From assembly GCA_964016885.1 (NCBI GenBank), contig OZ024743.1, positions 158,286,001 through 158,350,000 of the forward strand: a stretch of 64,000 nucleotides of DNA, written 5' to 3'. Positions 1-12,170 of the stretch are shown one piece after another; position 1 is the first letter of the stretch, and the number at the start of each line of letters is the position of its first letter. Source of the stretch: Eledone cirrhosa. Taxonomy: Eukaryota. Below the pieces are notes generated by a model that saw only the letters and a list, made by a program, of their open reading frames with translations, did no database searches and was not told where the DNA came from. The translations under genes were made by a program, and so were the position numbers.

Positions 1-519
1 AGCTCCCAATCTTGCATAAACGGTATTCTGGAGCCCATGCTTGCCTCTGCAACTAATTATTTTGGCAATGATTATCTGTGGACCTTCCAACAGGATGGAG
101 TTATCTCCCATACAGCAAATGTCACACAAGCTTGGTGCAGAGACCATCTTTCGAGGTTTTGGTCAAAAGAAACATGGCCTCCTTGTTCATCTGATTTGAA
201 CCCTATGGACTTTTCAGTATCATCTATCCTTGAAGAAAAAAGCCTGTTCAAAATCCCATAAGACAGTCGATGGTTTAAAGACACCTTTACTAAGTGCTTG
301 GAAAGAAATTCTCCAAGAAATTTTGCATGCTTCGGTGAAAGATGTTCGATGAAGGTTAGAATCTGTTATTGCTGCATGAGTGGGTAATTTTGAATAAACT
401 CTATACACTATATTCTAAATATATTTATGTATAATTACATATATGTTGATGGTCAATAAAGTTAGTAGTTTTGTTATTAAAAGCATTTTTATTTGCTTCC
501 AAACTTATGCTCCACCCTG
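1..519 (+). mobile_element. Tc1/mariner-superfamily DNA transposon, 3' part (decayed transposase C-terminus plus right terminal inverted repeat); maT/DD37D-like
   Basis: ORF 37-261 reads WTFQQDG..SHTA..TQAWC...FW....WPPCSSDLNPMDFSV, the FQQD..H / WPP.SPDLNP.D catalytic motifs. The element ends ...CACCCTG|TA at 513-521 (reverse complement TA|CAGGGTG). Confidence 0.85.
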
Positions 520-900
520 TATATAACCATTGAGCAAAAACCACAATGCAGATGAGACATTATACATTTGATTGTTGCCATTGTTGTTTTTCTTAACCTG
601 ATTCCATTTTTTTATGATAGAGAGTGATTTGAGAAAGATTTGGCTGCTCCAAAACTAACTTGTACTGTTATTGTTGTCATCGTCGTTTAGCCAAAAGTCA
701 GCATTTATTTAGTAAACATATGATCATAGGTGTTCTAGCGGTAACCATCTTATCTTTTTATGTCTAAAACTAGATTCTCCATGTGTCCTTCACTTTTGTC
801 TTATGATGGTAGAGTATGTACGAATTGAGGAAGACATGGCTGCTATTTTTAACAGTCTGAGTAACTACATAATGGCTGCCTTGTTGTTGTTCTGTTATAG

Positions 901-988
901 TAGATGAGGCAGTGGTAAGATATGCTTGTCGTATTGATGAAATGTGCAATCATGTGGAACAGCAGGTGAAGCTAGCTCTACATGAAAG
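901..988 (+). CDS. Possible host exon (DEAVVRYACRIDEMCNHVEQQVKLALHE)
   Basis: ttctgttatAG acceptor and AG|GTTTAA donor around an open, helical-looking frame. No phase-compatible partner exon was confirmed. Confidence 0.3.
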
Positions 989-1149
989 GTTTAATATGCT
1001 CTATTTATTGATCCATCACCACTGAGCTATTGATGCGTATCTAGTTGAGGTTTGTATGTGTTTATGTTTGTGTATATGTGTGTGTGTGTGCGTATGTATG
1101 TGTGTATGTGTCTGTGGGTGTGTAGCAAAAAAAAGTAACATCAGAAATA

Positions 1150-1351
1150 GCAACAACAAAAACAACAACAATAACAGAAGAGTATCAATAACAGCAACCA
1201 CAGCAACAACAACAACAGCACAACAACAACAACAACAACAACAAAAACATCAGCAGCAACAACAACATCAGCACAACAACAACAACAACAGCAACAACAT
1301 CAGCAACATCAACAACAACAACATCAGCAACAACAGCAACAACAACAACAA

Positions 1352-1383
<32 letters not shown>

Positions 1384-1480
1384 ACAACAACAACAACAAC
1401 CGCAACAACAACAAAAACAACAACAGCAGCAGCAGCAGCAGCAACAACAACAACAACAACGACATCATCAGCAGCAGCAA

Positions 1481-1539
<59 letters not shown>

Positions 1540-1640
1540 GCAACAACAACAGCAACAACAACAACATCAGCAGCAGCAACACCAACGACAACAACATCAG
1601 CAACAGCAACAACAACAACGACAACAACAACAATAGCAAT

Positions 1641-1671
<31 letters not shown>

Positions 1672-1672
1672 G

Positions 1673-1707
<35 letters not shown>

Positions 1708-1792
1708 ACAACATTAACAACAGCAACAACAACAATATCATCAACAACAACAGCAACAACATCATCAACAACAACATCATCAACAACAACAG

Positions 1793-1840
<48 letters not shown>

Positions 1841-1918
1841 TAACAACAGCAACAACAACAATATCATCAACAACAACAGCAACAACATCATCAACAACAA
1901 CATCATCAACAACAACAG

Positions 1919-1965
<47 letters not shown>

Positions 1966-2101
1966 GCAACAACAGCAACAACAGCAACAACAACAACATC
2001 AGCAGCAGCAACACCAACGACAACAACATCAGCAGCAGCAGCAACAACAACGACAACAACAACAATAACAATAACAACAACAACAACATCAACAACAACA
2101 G

Positions 2102-2136
<35 letters not shown>

Positions 2137-2218
2137 ACATTAACAACAGCAACAACAACAATATCATCAACAACAACAGCAACAACATCATCAACAACAA
2201 CATCATCAACGACAACAG

Positions 2219-2265
<47 letters not shown>

Positions 2266-2309
2266 GCAGCAACAACAGCAACAACAACATCAGCAGCAAC
2301 AACAACAAA

Positions 2310-2340
<31 letters not shown>

Positions 2341-2401
2341 GCAGCAACAACAACAACAGCAACAACAACAACAGCAACAACAACAACAACAACAGCATCA
2401 A

Positions 2402-2432
<31 letters not shown>

Positions 2433-2719
2433 AACAGCAACAACATCAACAACAACAACAACAGCATCAGCAACAGCAACAGCAACAACAACAACAACAC
2501 CAGCAGCAGCAACAATAACAACAACAACAACAACAACAATAACAACATTAACAACAGCAACAACAACAACAATATCAACAACAACAACAACAACATCAGC
2601 AACAACAACAACATCAGCAACAACAACAACAACAACAACAACAGCACAACAACAACAACATCAGCAACAACAGCAACAACAACAACAACAACAGCAACAA
2701 CAGCAGCAGCAGCAGCAAT

Positions 2720-2762
<43 letters not shown>

Positions 2763-3407
2763 GCAGCAATAACAACAGCAACAACAGCACAACAACAACA
2801 ACAGCCCAACAACAACATCAATAACAACAACAACAACACCAGCAACAACAACAACAACAACAACAACACAACAGCAACAACCACAACAACAACAATAACA
2901 GCAACAACAACAACAACAACAACAACAGCAGCAATAACAACAACAACAACAACAACAACAGCAGCAGCACCAATAACAACAGCAACATCAACAGCAACAA
3001 CAACAACAGCCCAACAACAACAACATCAATAACAACAACAACAGCAACAATAACAACAACAACAACAACAACAGCACAACACAACAGCAACAACCACAAC
3101 AACAACAATAACAGCAATAACAACAACAACAACAACAACAGCAGCAGCAGCAGCAATAACAACAGCAACATCAACAGCAACAACAACAACAGCCCAACAA
3201 CAACAACATCAATAACAACAACAACAACAACAACAAAAGCACAACACAACAGCAACAACCACAACAACAACAATAACAGCAACAATAACAACAACAACAA
3301 CAGCAACAGCAACAGCAACTGCAACAGCAGCACAAAATCAACAACAACAGCAACAACAACAACAACAATAACAGCAAAACAACAGCAACAATAGCACCAA
3401 CAATATC

Positions 3408-3441
<34 letters not shown>

Positions 3442-3965
3442 CCAGCAACAACAACAATACCAACAACAACACCAACAATATCAACAACAACAACAACAAC
3501 ATCAGCAGCAACAACAACAACAACAACAGCAACAACAACAACACCAACAATATCAATAACAACAGCAGCAGCAGCATCAACAACACAGCAACAACAATAA
3601 CAACAATTACATCAGCAACAATATCAGCAACAACACAGCAACAACAACAACAGCAACAACAACTACAGCAACAACAACTACAACAACAACAACACCAACA
3701 ATATCAATAACAACAGCAGCAGCATTAACAACACCATCAACAACAGCAGTCTCAGCAGTAGCAACAACAGCACAACAGCAACAATATCAACAACCTTATG
3801 AACACCAACAATATCATTAACAACTACAATAGCAATAGCAACAACAGCAACAACAACAACAGCAAAAGTAACAATAGCAACAACACCAACAACACATCAG
3901 CAGGAACAACAACAACAACAACAACAACATCACCAACAACATCACCAACATCTGCAACAACAATT
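1150..3965. repeat. ~2.8 kb imperfect (AAC)n trinucleotide array with internal higher-order duplications
   Basis: Continuous AAC/AGC/ATC triplets. The poly-N/T/Q/L ORFs here are by-products of the repeat. Confidence 0.97.
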
Positions 3966-4077
3966 AAAATCTGTACAATCACACCCCAATGAGGGTCTTT
4001 TAAATGGTTATTGAAATTGCTGGAAATATGCCTATCATCTTCAAAGTGAGAAAGGACATGGAAGATAGTGTAGTTTA

Positions 4078-4230
4078 AGGCGGCAAATTGGCAGAGTCTT
4101 TAGAACGTCGGATAGAATGCTTTATGCTATTCGTTCTGGTTCTCTGCACTCTGAGTTCAAATCCCATCGAGGACAACTTTGCTTTTCATCCTTTCGATGT
4201 CGATAAAAAAAAAAGTACCAGTCCAGTACT
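4078..4230 (+). mobile_element. Diverged copy of SINE family A
   Basis: ctgagttcaaatccc (B box) followed by aactttgcttttcatcctttcgatgtcgataaaa...gtaccag. Confidence 0.8.
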
Positions 4231-4443
4231 GGGATTGGTTCTTCCTCTCTCTCTGGAAGAAATCTGCTGCACTCAGGCCTAGAGAGGGATGGGCTCTGCC
4301 AGGCTTAAAAATGTCCAAGAAACGCTCTATTAGGAGTTACGAGACCATACCATACTATGCCACTCTAAAGTATCTATTTGTTTGCTTGATCACATTTAGT
4401 TTTCTATAATAAATTAATTCACGTTTTAAATTATATAAATATG

Positions 4444-5241
4444 CTAGCAGAATGACCCGGCGTTGCTCGGGATTTGCTCTAGGGTTCTTATATATTTGAT
4501 ATATATTTATCCTTCTTGAGCCTCGTGAAGTAAATACGTTTGTTTATATTTTGTTATTGTGTATGCAAAAATATCTGTACACGAATGTATAAATAACAGT
4601 ACAGAGAAGTACGGAATACCTCAGCCTCGGGTTGGTGTCTACATTTTGTGCTTATCAAAAAAATTGTCGTGCATTACCAGGGTTTTTTCCGTTCGAAGAA
4701 AATCAATACTTTATCGCGAAATAAATACTTTTGTTTATGTGTATGCAAAAATATCTGTACACAAATATATAATTATATATATATATATTAAAATAACAGA
4801 TTAAAGTTTAAGCAAAGAATCGGTGCTTTCACCCTTAACGGGATCTTCTGAAACTAAAATAATAAATCTGTGAACGCAGAAGTAAATATTTCGAAAACGT
4901 TACTCACTATATATACATATACACACACACACACACACACAGCGTCATAATGACGTAATACGGACAGTCAGGCATACAGACAGATATTATAAGGGTGCAA
5001 CGTAATATCTATGTATCTATCTAAAAAGAGAAAGACTAAGAGAGAGAGAAAGAGATCGCTAAATCGCCTAATGCGATCCCTAGGGCATTGAAAATTTGAA
5101 ATCTTTTTTGCTCAGAACACTCAATAGGACCATAAGTATTACATGTGTAAAGTTTGAAAACAATCGGTTGGGTGGTTCTCGAGTTTTAGTGATTGTATAG
5201 ACAGACAGACAAACAGAAATTCTCTGTTTTAGTAATCTAGA
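4444..5241 (-). mobile_element. Non-autonomous Helitron
   Basis: Minus strand starts A|TC at 5241, carries a (GTCT)n tract and CCGATTGTTTTCAAACTT near the 5' end, and ends with GC hairpin cccgagcaacgccggg (4456-4471) followed by CTAG (4444-4447). Confidence 0.75.
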
Positions 5242-5597
5242 TATATATATCCTTTAATTTGATTTTTTTCACTGTCATGTTATGCTGGTTTCGGCCAGGG
5301 TCTAATGACACAGAATTTAGTACCCCTAAACTTTGTAGCAGCTGCTCATTTGGTTCTCATTAACAACATAGTAATATCTGAACAGCAGAATTTCTGTCGC
5401 CACCAAACAACCCCACCCTCTTGGTCACACCTACCAAATCCACAATGCTTAGCATTGATGAGAGTGTTATTCAGAGATGGTCTGCTGCAATAATAACACT
5501 GATTTATTTCACAGGCCATCTCCAAATCAAATATTTTCTCTATTTTCTGTTTGTGTTTGTTGTAATGCCTTTTAATGATTAACTAATTATACAATCT

Positions 5598-5655
5598 GCA
5601 CCTGATGATATCGCCAGGGTCTTATGTAACCAGGCCATTGAAATATATATAGTGT
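5598..5655 (+). ncRNA. Type-I hammerhead ribozyme motif with degenerate stem II
   Basis: gcac-CTGATGA-[tatcgccagggt..accaggccatt]-GAAA-tatata-TA-gtgt. Core intact, stem I gcac/gtgt, palindromic stem III ATATATAT, several mismatches in stem II. Confidence 0.7.
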
Positions 5656-5941
5656 TTTTTGCAACACTACAAACTTTAAAAGGATATCCCCAGTCCGGCA
5701 TCCTGTTGTTTTAATCAATTTAATATTTAACTCCATTTCTGCACCAGCCACAAGATTCACATCAACGATGGATGAGTTACATAATGTAGAGTGCTTTTCC
5801 TACTATTACATCATGATTAATTATATGGAATGACCAGTTCAATCCACTGGTGAATAACAAAACATATATATATGTGTGTATACATATATTTATACATACA
5901 CACATATATATATATATATATGTGTATATATATATATATAT

Positions 5942-6033
<92 letters not shown>

Positions 6034-6208
6034 TTTTTTCCCTGGATTTCACAAAATCTGTGGATAAAATCTGTCTTGATTTTTTTTTTAATTGAGTTTG
6101 AATTATTTTCACATATCTTACGTTAATTATTTTCTATTTTGACGTTATAGTCACTTATATATTATGAAATACTGTTGGCTTCTTGCTCACATTAATTTCT
6201 ATATTTTC

Positions 6209-6255
<47 letters not shown>

Positions 6256-6365
6256 TTAGTTAAGCAAAACAAGACCACAAATTTCACAAGGAAGACATTA
6301 TTAAAAGATTGTCAACATATTTTAGTTTGATGTAAGGAATGAAGAGAATAATAATAATAATATTT

Positions 6366-6479
6366 ATTTCTACTTTAGGCACAAGGCCAACAATTACCCA
6401 GTGCATTACTGGTACTTTATTTTATCGACCCCGTAAGGATGAAAGGCAAAGTCAACCTCGGTGGGATTTGAACTCAGAT
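6366..6479 (-). mobile_element. SINE family A, 5'-truncated, inserted in the left arm of the inverted repeat
   Basis: tttctactttaggcacaaggcc...gggatttgaactcag; absent from the right arm. Confidence 0.9.
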
Positions 6480-6963
6480 AATAATAATATTAATAATAAT
6501 AATGTCCGTTTACAATTGTTTCGCTACTCATATAATATTTCTGGATCAGATGACTATATATCATTATTGATCTGGTTCAGTTGAAAATAATTAACATATT
6601 TAAAAACAGAGCGGCTCATCGGAACTTCAAAGGAATATAAATTAAAATAAGGAGAGAATGTTACATAATGTAATGTTCCATATATTGGTATTTCACTATG
6701 GTGTCCTGGTTGTATCAGTTGTCAGCCATAATCAAGCAGTATTCATCTGTCGAGGCTGCATTGTGTGAGATCTGTCTATGGGTAACAAGATGGCTGCCAA
6801 AGGACATATTTACCTTACTAATTAGAGGGTGGTTTCAGGGGAAGTAACTCATCGATAGATTAGAAATTGTGGGTAGTTTATAGTTAAGTGCTAATTTTTA
6901 AATTTTTTAAATGAGAGACATTATGTAACATTCTCTCCTTATTTTAATTTATATTCCTTTGAA

Positions 6964-7082
6964 GTTCCGATGAGCCGCTCTGTTTTTAAATATGTTAATT
7001 ATTTTCAACTGAACCAGATCAATAATGATATATAGTCATCTGATCCAGAAATATTATATGGAGTAGCGAAACAATTGTAAAC
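6964..7082 (+). ncRNA. Hammerhead-like motif with CCGATGA core variant and long stem II (mirror copy on minus strand at 6508-6625)
   Basis: gtt-CCGATGA-gccgctc..~80 nt..gagtagc-GAAA-caattg-TA-aac; palindromic stem III ACAATTGT. Confidence 0.65.
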
Positions 7083-7389
7083 GGACATTATTATTATTAA
7101 TATTATTATTATTATTCTCTACATTCCTTACATCAAACTAAAATATGTTGACAATCTTTAAATAATGTCTTCCTTGTGAAATTTGTGGTCTTGTTTTGCT
7201 TAACTAATGAATATTTCCAGCTCTGTGTGCCTAACTTCTGCATGAACCCAGCCACCTAGCTGCTTTCTACTGCATATTGCACATTGAGCACACGCCTTTA
7301 CGCTTTGGCTTCTAACTAATTCACCAATCTCTCTTCTCCTATCTCCTCTCCTATCTCCATCTCTCTCTTTAAGATTGGTTACTCTTGAA

Positions 7390-7505
<116 letters not shown>

Positions 7506-7698
7506 TTTGGATCTAGCTGTCGAAATGGCCGGAGCTCAGCCATCAGGGTTCTGACTCTTTTCCCATATATATGTATATATGTACATATACATAAGACTCA
7601 CTATTTAACCTATGTATTTAAAATACTTAGTATGAATTATAAATCAAGTCCAATGCTTGACAGTTTCTTTATTTTATCAACCACTCCCAAACAGTTAA

Positions 7699-7919
7699 CC
7701 CTTTACCATTTACATTACTCTATATAAACTATTGTATTTTCACAGTAAAGGCTTTACCGCACATAATTATTTCACATAATATCAAATCTACAAGATTTTG
7801 ATGTTATTTATTTTTAAAGCAATACCATAACACAAGTATGAGCGGCGGGATACAGCCAGTTTGAACAGAAAGAGGTGAGAGAATTCTCGCCAGATACGGC
7901 CGGTTTAAATGCTAAAAGG
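7699..7919. mobile_element. piggyBac-type MITE
   Basis: TTAA|CCCTTTACCATTT ... AAATGCTAAAAGG|TTAA: imperfect TIRs with TTAA on both sides. Confidence 0.65.
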
Positions 7920-8456
7920 TTAAAGGATGGAACCCAGAATGTAAAGGGCTAGAACTAAATGCCTGGGGCTAAACAATAACAGGAAGCATACCACTAAACT
8001 TATTGAAGGGATTTTTGGTAAATTTATCAGAAAAATATAATACAGTATCAAAAAATATATTTAAAATCTGTCAATAAGAAACAAACAAAAACACTTACAA
8101 AGGTGTAGAAACTGCCCTTTCCAAAATTTAGGTACCCCATGATCCTGATCACAACCAGGACAAAATTTAATGATTGGCCCCATCACATGTTTTGTTACTT
8201 GGCAGAGTTTTTACTGCTAGAGAACAGATCACAGGTGGCAGATAATGATACAGCCACTAGATATGATGGTTATTTGCAATATAAGCTCCTGTTGAGGAAA
8301 CAAGCAGCCTCACGACAACAATGGTAAACTACTATGGGGAGATGGAGCAATGGGTGGCACTGTTAACTCCCTAGAAAATTCTCACAACCCAGTGATGTAG
8401 CGATGTAGCTATGACAAGAAGAAGAAGAAGAAGAAGAAGAAGAAGAAGAAGAAGAC

Positions 8457-8497
<41 letters not shown>

Positions 8498-9269
8498 ACC
8501 CACCACCTTCCATCAAATCTCCTTGTAAGCAATCCCTCCCTCTCCACTTTCACCTTTACATGTAGAAGTCAGAGACAGTCAGAAACATAGAATCTTGTCT
8601 TTAGCTCTTTCAGGCATGTCCAACATACAACTTTTTCACTGTAGTTAATAATAATGTTGATAATATTCAATGCCACCCCATAAATACATATAAACAGTGT
8701 GTAGCCAATAGATGTATCTTTGTTAATCACTTGCCTGAAAGAAGAGTGCTAGTTTCACAACAAGCAGTCTATTTATTCAGTTAATTCACTATTTATAGTC
8801 TTTAGCAAGATATTTGACTTAATTCAGTTAAAAATAAAAGAAAGACATTATATAATTGGAAGAAAACACATGATGCTGAGTGCTTAAATGAGAGGAAATG
8901 GGGGGGAAGGGCTTGGATTGTTAAGTAACGAAAGTAAAGGGAAAGGGGAGAGGGTGACAGACTCTAAATGACAAACATTTTAAAGCTTTTTTCCATGCTA
9001 AAGCTGTGTAGGCCAAACTTCAAACTCATCATGGGGTCTTTTTTTAGGCAATGGTTTATGGTTGGATGCCCATCCTGATGCCAAACAGTGAAATGATTAG
9101 GAATATCATGTAAAACCAGGGAAGAAGATTAGAAATGTCAAATGACAAGGTGAATCAGTCATATAATGACTGATTGACTGAATATAACATTCCCAAAATA
9201 ATATCAGTTATTGAGTGCTTTATACATTTGTTACTATATGTATGTATATATGTATGTATGTATGTACAG

Positions 9270-10175
9270 CATCAAGAACAACCTCAAAGAGCTGGCATTT
9301 GATATAGACAAATGAGATGAGATAGCTCTAAATAGGGCTGAGTGGAGAAAGTGCATAAAGGGCAGTTGCAAAACTTGTGAGGAATATCGTCTAGAACTTA
9401 AACAACTGAAGCGTCAGCTCCGAAAGGGTTGTGCTCACAGTCTTGATGAAGTCATCAGTAGTTGGACATTCAAAGACTGAAGTCACATGAAAGAATAACC
9501 ACCCACAACACCACTCAACAAAGACCTGGTTAAACGCGTGTGATATGCAACAAAGTGTGTATAATTAGTTCCAGACTAAAAAAACACATGGTGGTACATA
9601 AAGCATGTGTCCCACAGGGTGACCCCACCGGTCCTGTAGAAAGCATAACTCTCTTCTGTGACCTGTGTCATAAACCATGCAGATCTGCAGTTGACCTACA
9701 AAGTCATCTACGAAGTCATGGATGCAGATGGGATGACAAAGAAAAATCTATAAGAGACAACAACCATCTGTGAAGATGCTGCAATCTTCATGTATGTATG
9801 TAAACAATGCCCTGGTATATCTCATGAAACAATCAGTGTCTCCACTGAATTGGTGTGCCCTGGGTGTGGAAAGGTGTGCTTGAGCAAATCTGGTTTCAAG
9901 AGCCACAGTCACAGCCATGTTCTGAGAGAACCAGTGAACTATGATCTCCACGGTATTGTAAGATGCAATGAATGTGGTAAAGAATGAACTGAAGCAACAT
10001 GTAAAAGTACATGTGAAAGTACACAGGCAACCTGATGCCAAGGAGATCCATAATTGTCGTCAATGTGTCAAAGAGTGCAAGTCTCCAGCAGGCTTGAAAA
10101 GCCATATCCAAGCGTCGCATATGGGAATTTGACAAGCAATTTGCAATACTCTTAGTGTGTGTTTGCAGCTATCAT
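9270..10175 (+). mobile_element. Decayed 3' end of an RTE-like LINE followed by an array of C2H2 zinc fingers; (TATG)n tail
   Basis: IKNNLKEL.FDID..DEIALNRAEWRKCI (RTE C-terminal motif), then CNKVC..LKKHMVVH, CDLCHKPC..LQSHLRSH, CPGCGKVC..FKSHSHSH, CNECGKE..LKQHVKVH and CRQC..LKSH, with stops and frameshifts. Confidence 0.7.
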
Positions 10176-10279
10176 GTATGTATGTATGGATGTATGGATG
10201 TATAGATGTATGGATTGATGGATGGATGGATGTATGGATGGATGGATGCGTGTATGTATGTTCTGGTTTTATTATTCTA

Positions 10280-10462
10280 TGGATTGGCAGTATCGGACAG
10301 GGTCGGACGCCATGCTTTCCAGCATAGTTACGTCCCTTTACGATCTGAGGTCAAATCCCGCCAAGGTTGACTTTGCCTTTCATCCTTACGGGGTCGATAA
10401 AATAAAGTACCAGTAATGCACTGGGTAATTGCTGGCCTTGTGCCTAAAGTAGAAACAATTAT
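10280..10462 (+). mobile_element. SINE family A (tRNA-derived, ATT tail)
   Basis: ggattggcagtatcgg (A-box-like) ... tcaaatcccgcc ... gcctttcatccttacggggtcgataaaataaagtacc ... gtagaaacaattatt. Confidence 0.92.
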
Positions 10463-11133
10463 TCTATAAATTTTAACCAATAGAGAGAGAGTTGAGACAC
10501 AAGACTCTTTCATTGGAATTTAGACAATGCCAACTAGGTAAATATATCTGCATGTCTGCATGCGTGTATCTGTTTGTGTGTGTGTGTGTCTGTGTCTGTC
10601 TGTTTGTGTGTATATATGTGCATGTAGGGATGTTAATGTATGTGTAGATGTGTATGCTTTGAGTTATGTCTGCATGTGCATATATTTTGTATCTGTACAA
10701 GTGTATATACAGTTATTACACGCAGAATTTTTGGAATGTTTTACATATTTTTACTGTTCCATTAATGTACTTGTAATTTCCTAACTAGTTGTGTCTTTCT
10801 GATTCTGAGAAGCCCAGATTCTCAAGATTTGTACTGAGGCTGTTAGTAACATATCCCAGAGCTCCAATAATCACAGGTATAAATCTGAAGGTATAGTCAG
10901 AGTGGAGTATCTGCAGATTCCTCATTAGTTCTGCATAGATATTCTCACTATGTATGTATGTATGTACGTATGCTTGCCTCCACTACACATTGAAACATAT
11001 GTAGAATTAAAATTATGTTTTAAGTCTAACTTGATTATTGTCTATCCATTTATATATATATGAAAAAATAATAATCACCAAGGTTCAATAATCTACCTTA
11101 TATATACAACTCTTTCTATCTCCCCAAATGCAG

Positions 11134-11259
11134 GAATATTATATTTATAAAGGTTACACAGAGAGAATAGAAGAGAAGTTGATTAACGAAACAGAACAAG
11201 CCCATCTTTATTATGATGAGAACAAATATTTGGCCAGTGGATATAAATCTTTAGAAGAG
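11134..11259 (+). CDS. Putative internal exon of a coiled-coil protein (42 aa, EYYIYKGYTERIEEKL...YKSLEE)
   Basis: Pyrimidine tract + CAG acceptor, GAG|GT donor, 126 nt open, phase 0/0. Confidence 0.6.
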
Positions 11260-11444
11260 GTCTGTAAATCTAATTCCTGTTTTCTACTGTCTGCATTCTT
11301 ATGGTTTTGAAATTTTTTGCAGAGGGTTGGGGATGGAGCAGTTCTCGCTGCAGAAACTGTCTGGGGTTGGTCAGAGGAATATGGTTTATGTTTAGCTTGA
11401 ACATATGTATGTAAGTCAATATCTACAAAAATGAATATATATAT

Positions 11445-12105
11445 ATAATAATAAAGTATATATCCCTACACGCAAAACGCATCCAGGGACACATGTATTG
11501 TCCAACCATATGCCAGAACATATACAATCAAGGTTTAGCAAATAAGAAAAAGTTTCAAAATAAATTTTAAAAAATTCACTGTACTCACTATGGTTACCTT
11601 TACCGAATCGGTTTCGAGTCTCAAAAATAAATGGACAGTCCTTGCGGCCTTCCATTGAAAAGATAAACTCTCGTCAGAAGGTTCTTTTCACTCGGAGAAT
11701 ATAAAATTCCCGAGTTCAAATTACGAACTGGCGCTATTCAAAATTGTTCCCAAGATGAGAATGAATGATGTGGAAGCAATTCTGTCCAGTGTCGTGTGTA
11801 AAGATAGAAGCAGAGGCAGGGAGGTCAGTCTACTACCACTATAAATAGCAGCAGTCAAAATGACAAAATTTTTTCTCAACCAAGAGGAGAACAATAATAA
11901 TAAAGTATATATCCCTACACGCAAAACGCGCCCAGGGACACATGTATTGTCCAACCATATGCCAATGTCATTCAATGGCAGGTTAATAAATTAACGAGCC
12001 AGAATATATATAATCAAGGTTTAGCAAATAAGAAAAAGTTTCAAAATAAATTTCAAAAAATTCACTTTACTCACTATGGTTACCTTTCTTATTTGCTAAA
12101 CCTTG

Positions 12106-12115
<10 letters not shown>
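11445..12115 (-). mobile_element. HHR-bearing non-coding retroelement (retrozyme/Penelope pLTR-like): 486-nt unit + partial second unit + short inverted end
   Basis: Direct repeats 11445-11601 and 11894-12087; intact HHR at 11596-11682; 12085-12115 is the reverse complement of 12005-12035; (TA)n flanks. Confidence 0.85.
11596..11682 (-). ncRNA. Intact type-I hammerhead ribozyme
   Basis: Minus strand: acctt-CTGACGA-gagttt...aatgga...tccatt...agactc-GAAA-ccgattcgg-TA-aaggt. All core nucleotides and stems I, II and III are present. Predicted GUA cleavage between 11601 and 11600. Confidence 0.88.
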
Positions 12116-12144
<29 letters not shown>

Positions 12145-12170
12145 ATTACATACCTGCATACCTGATTACA

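Larger units (their letters stand above)
6249..7214. repeat. Long inverted repeat (arms ~6249-6671 and ~6918-7214) carrying HHR-like motifs; Penelope pLTR/retrozyme-like
   Basis: Arms are near-identical reverse complements over ~290 bp. The left arm is interrupted by a SINE and abuts a (TA)n tract. Confidence 0.9.

Noticed and set aside
1056-3032. 658-aa Asn/Thr/Gln-rich ORF and antisense poly-Leu ORFs
   Set aside because: Produced by the (AAC)n array; starts in a (TG)n tract; no non-repetitive domain.
8206-8323. Possible exon (CAG acceptor, GTAAAC donor, open frame FLLLENRSQ...RQQ)
   Set aside because: Its phase does not join the neighbouring candidate exons and no family is recognisable; cannot be supported without transcripts.
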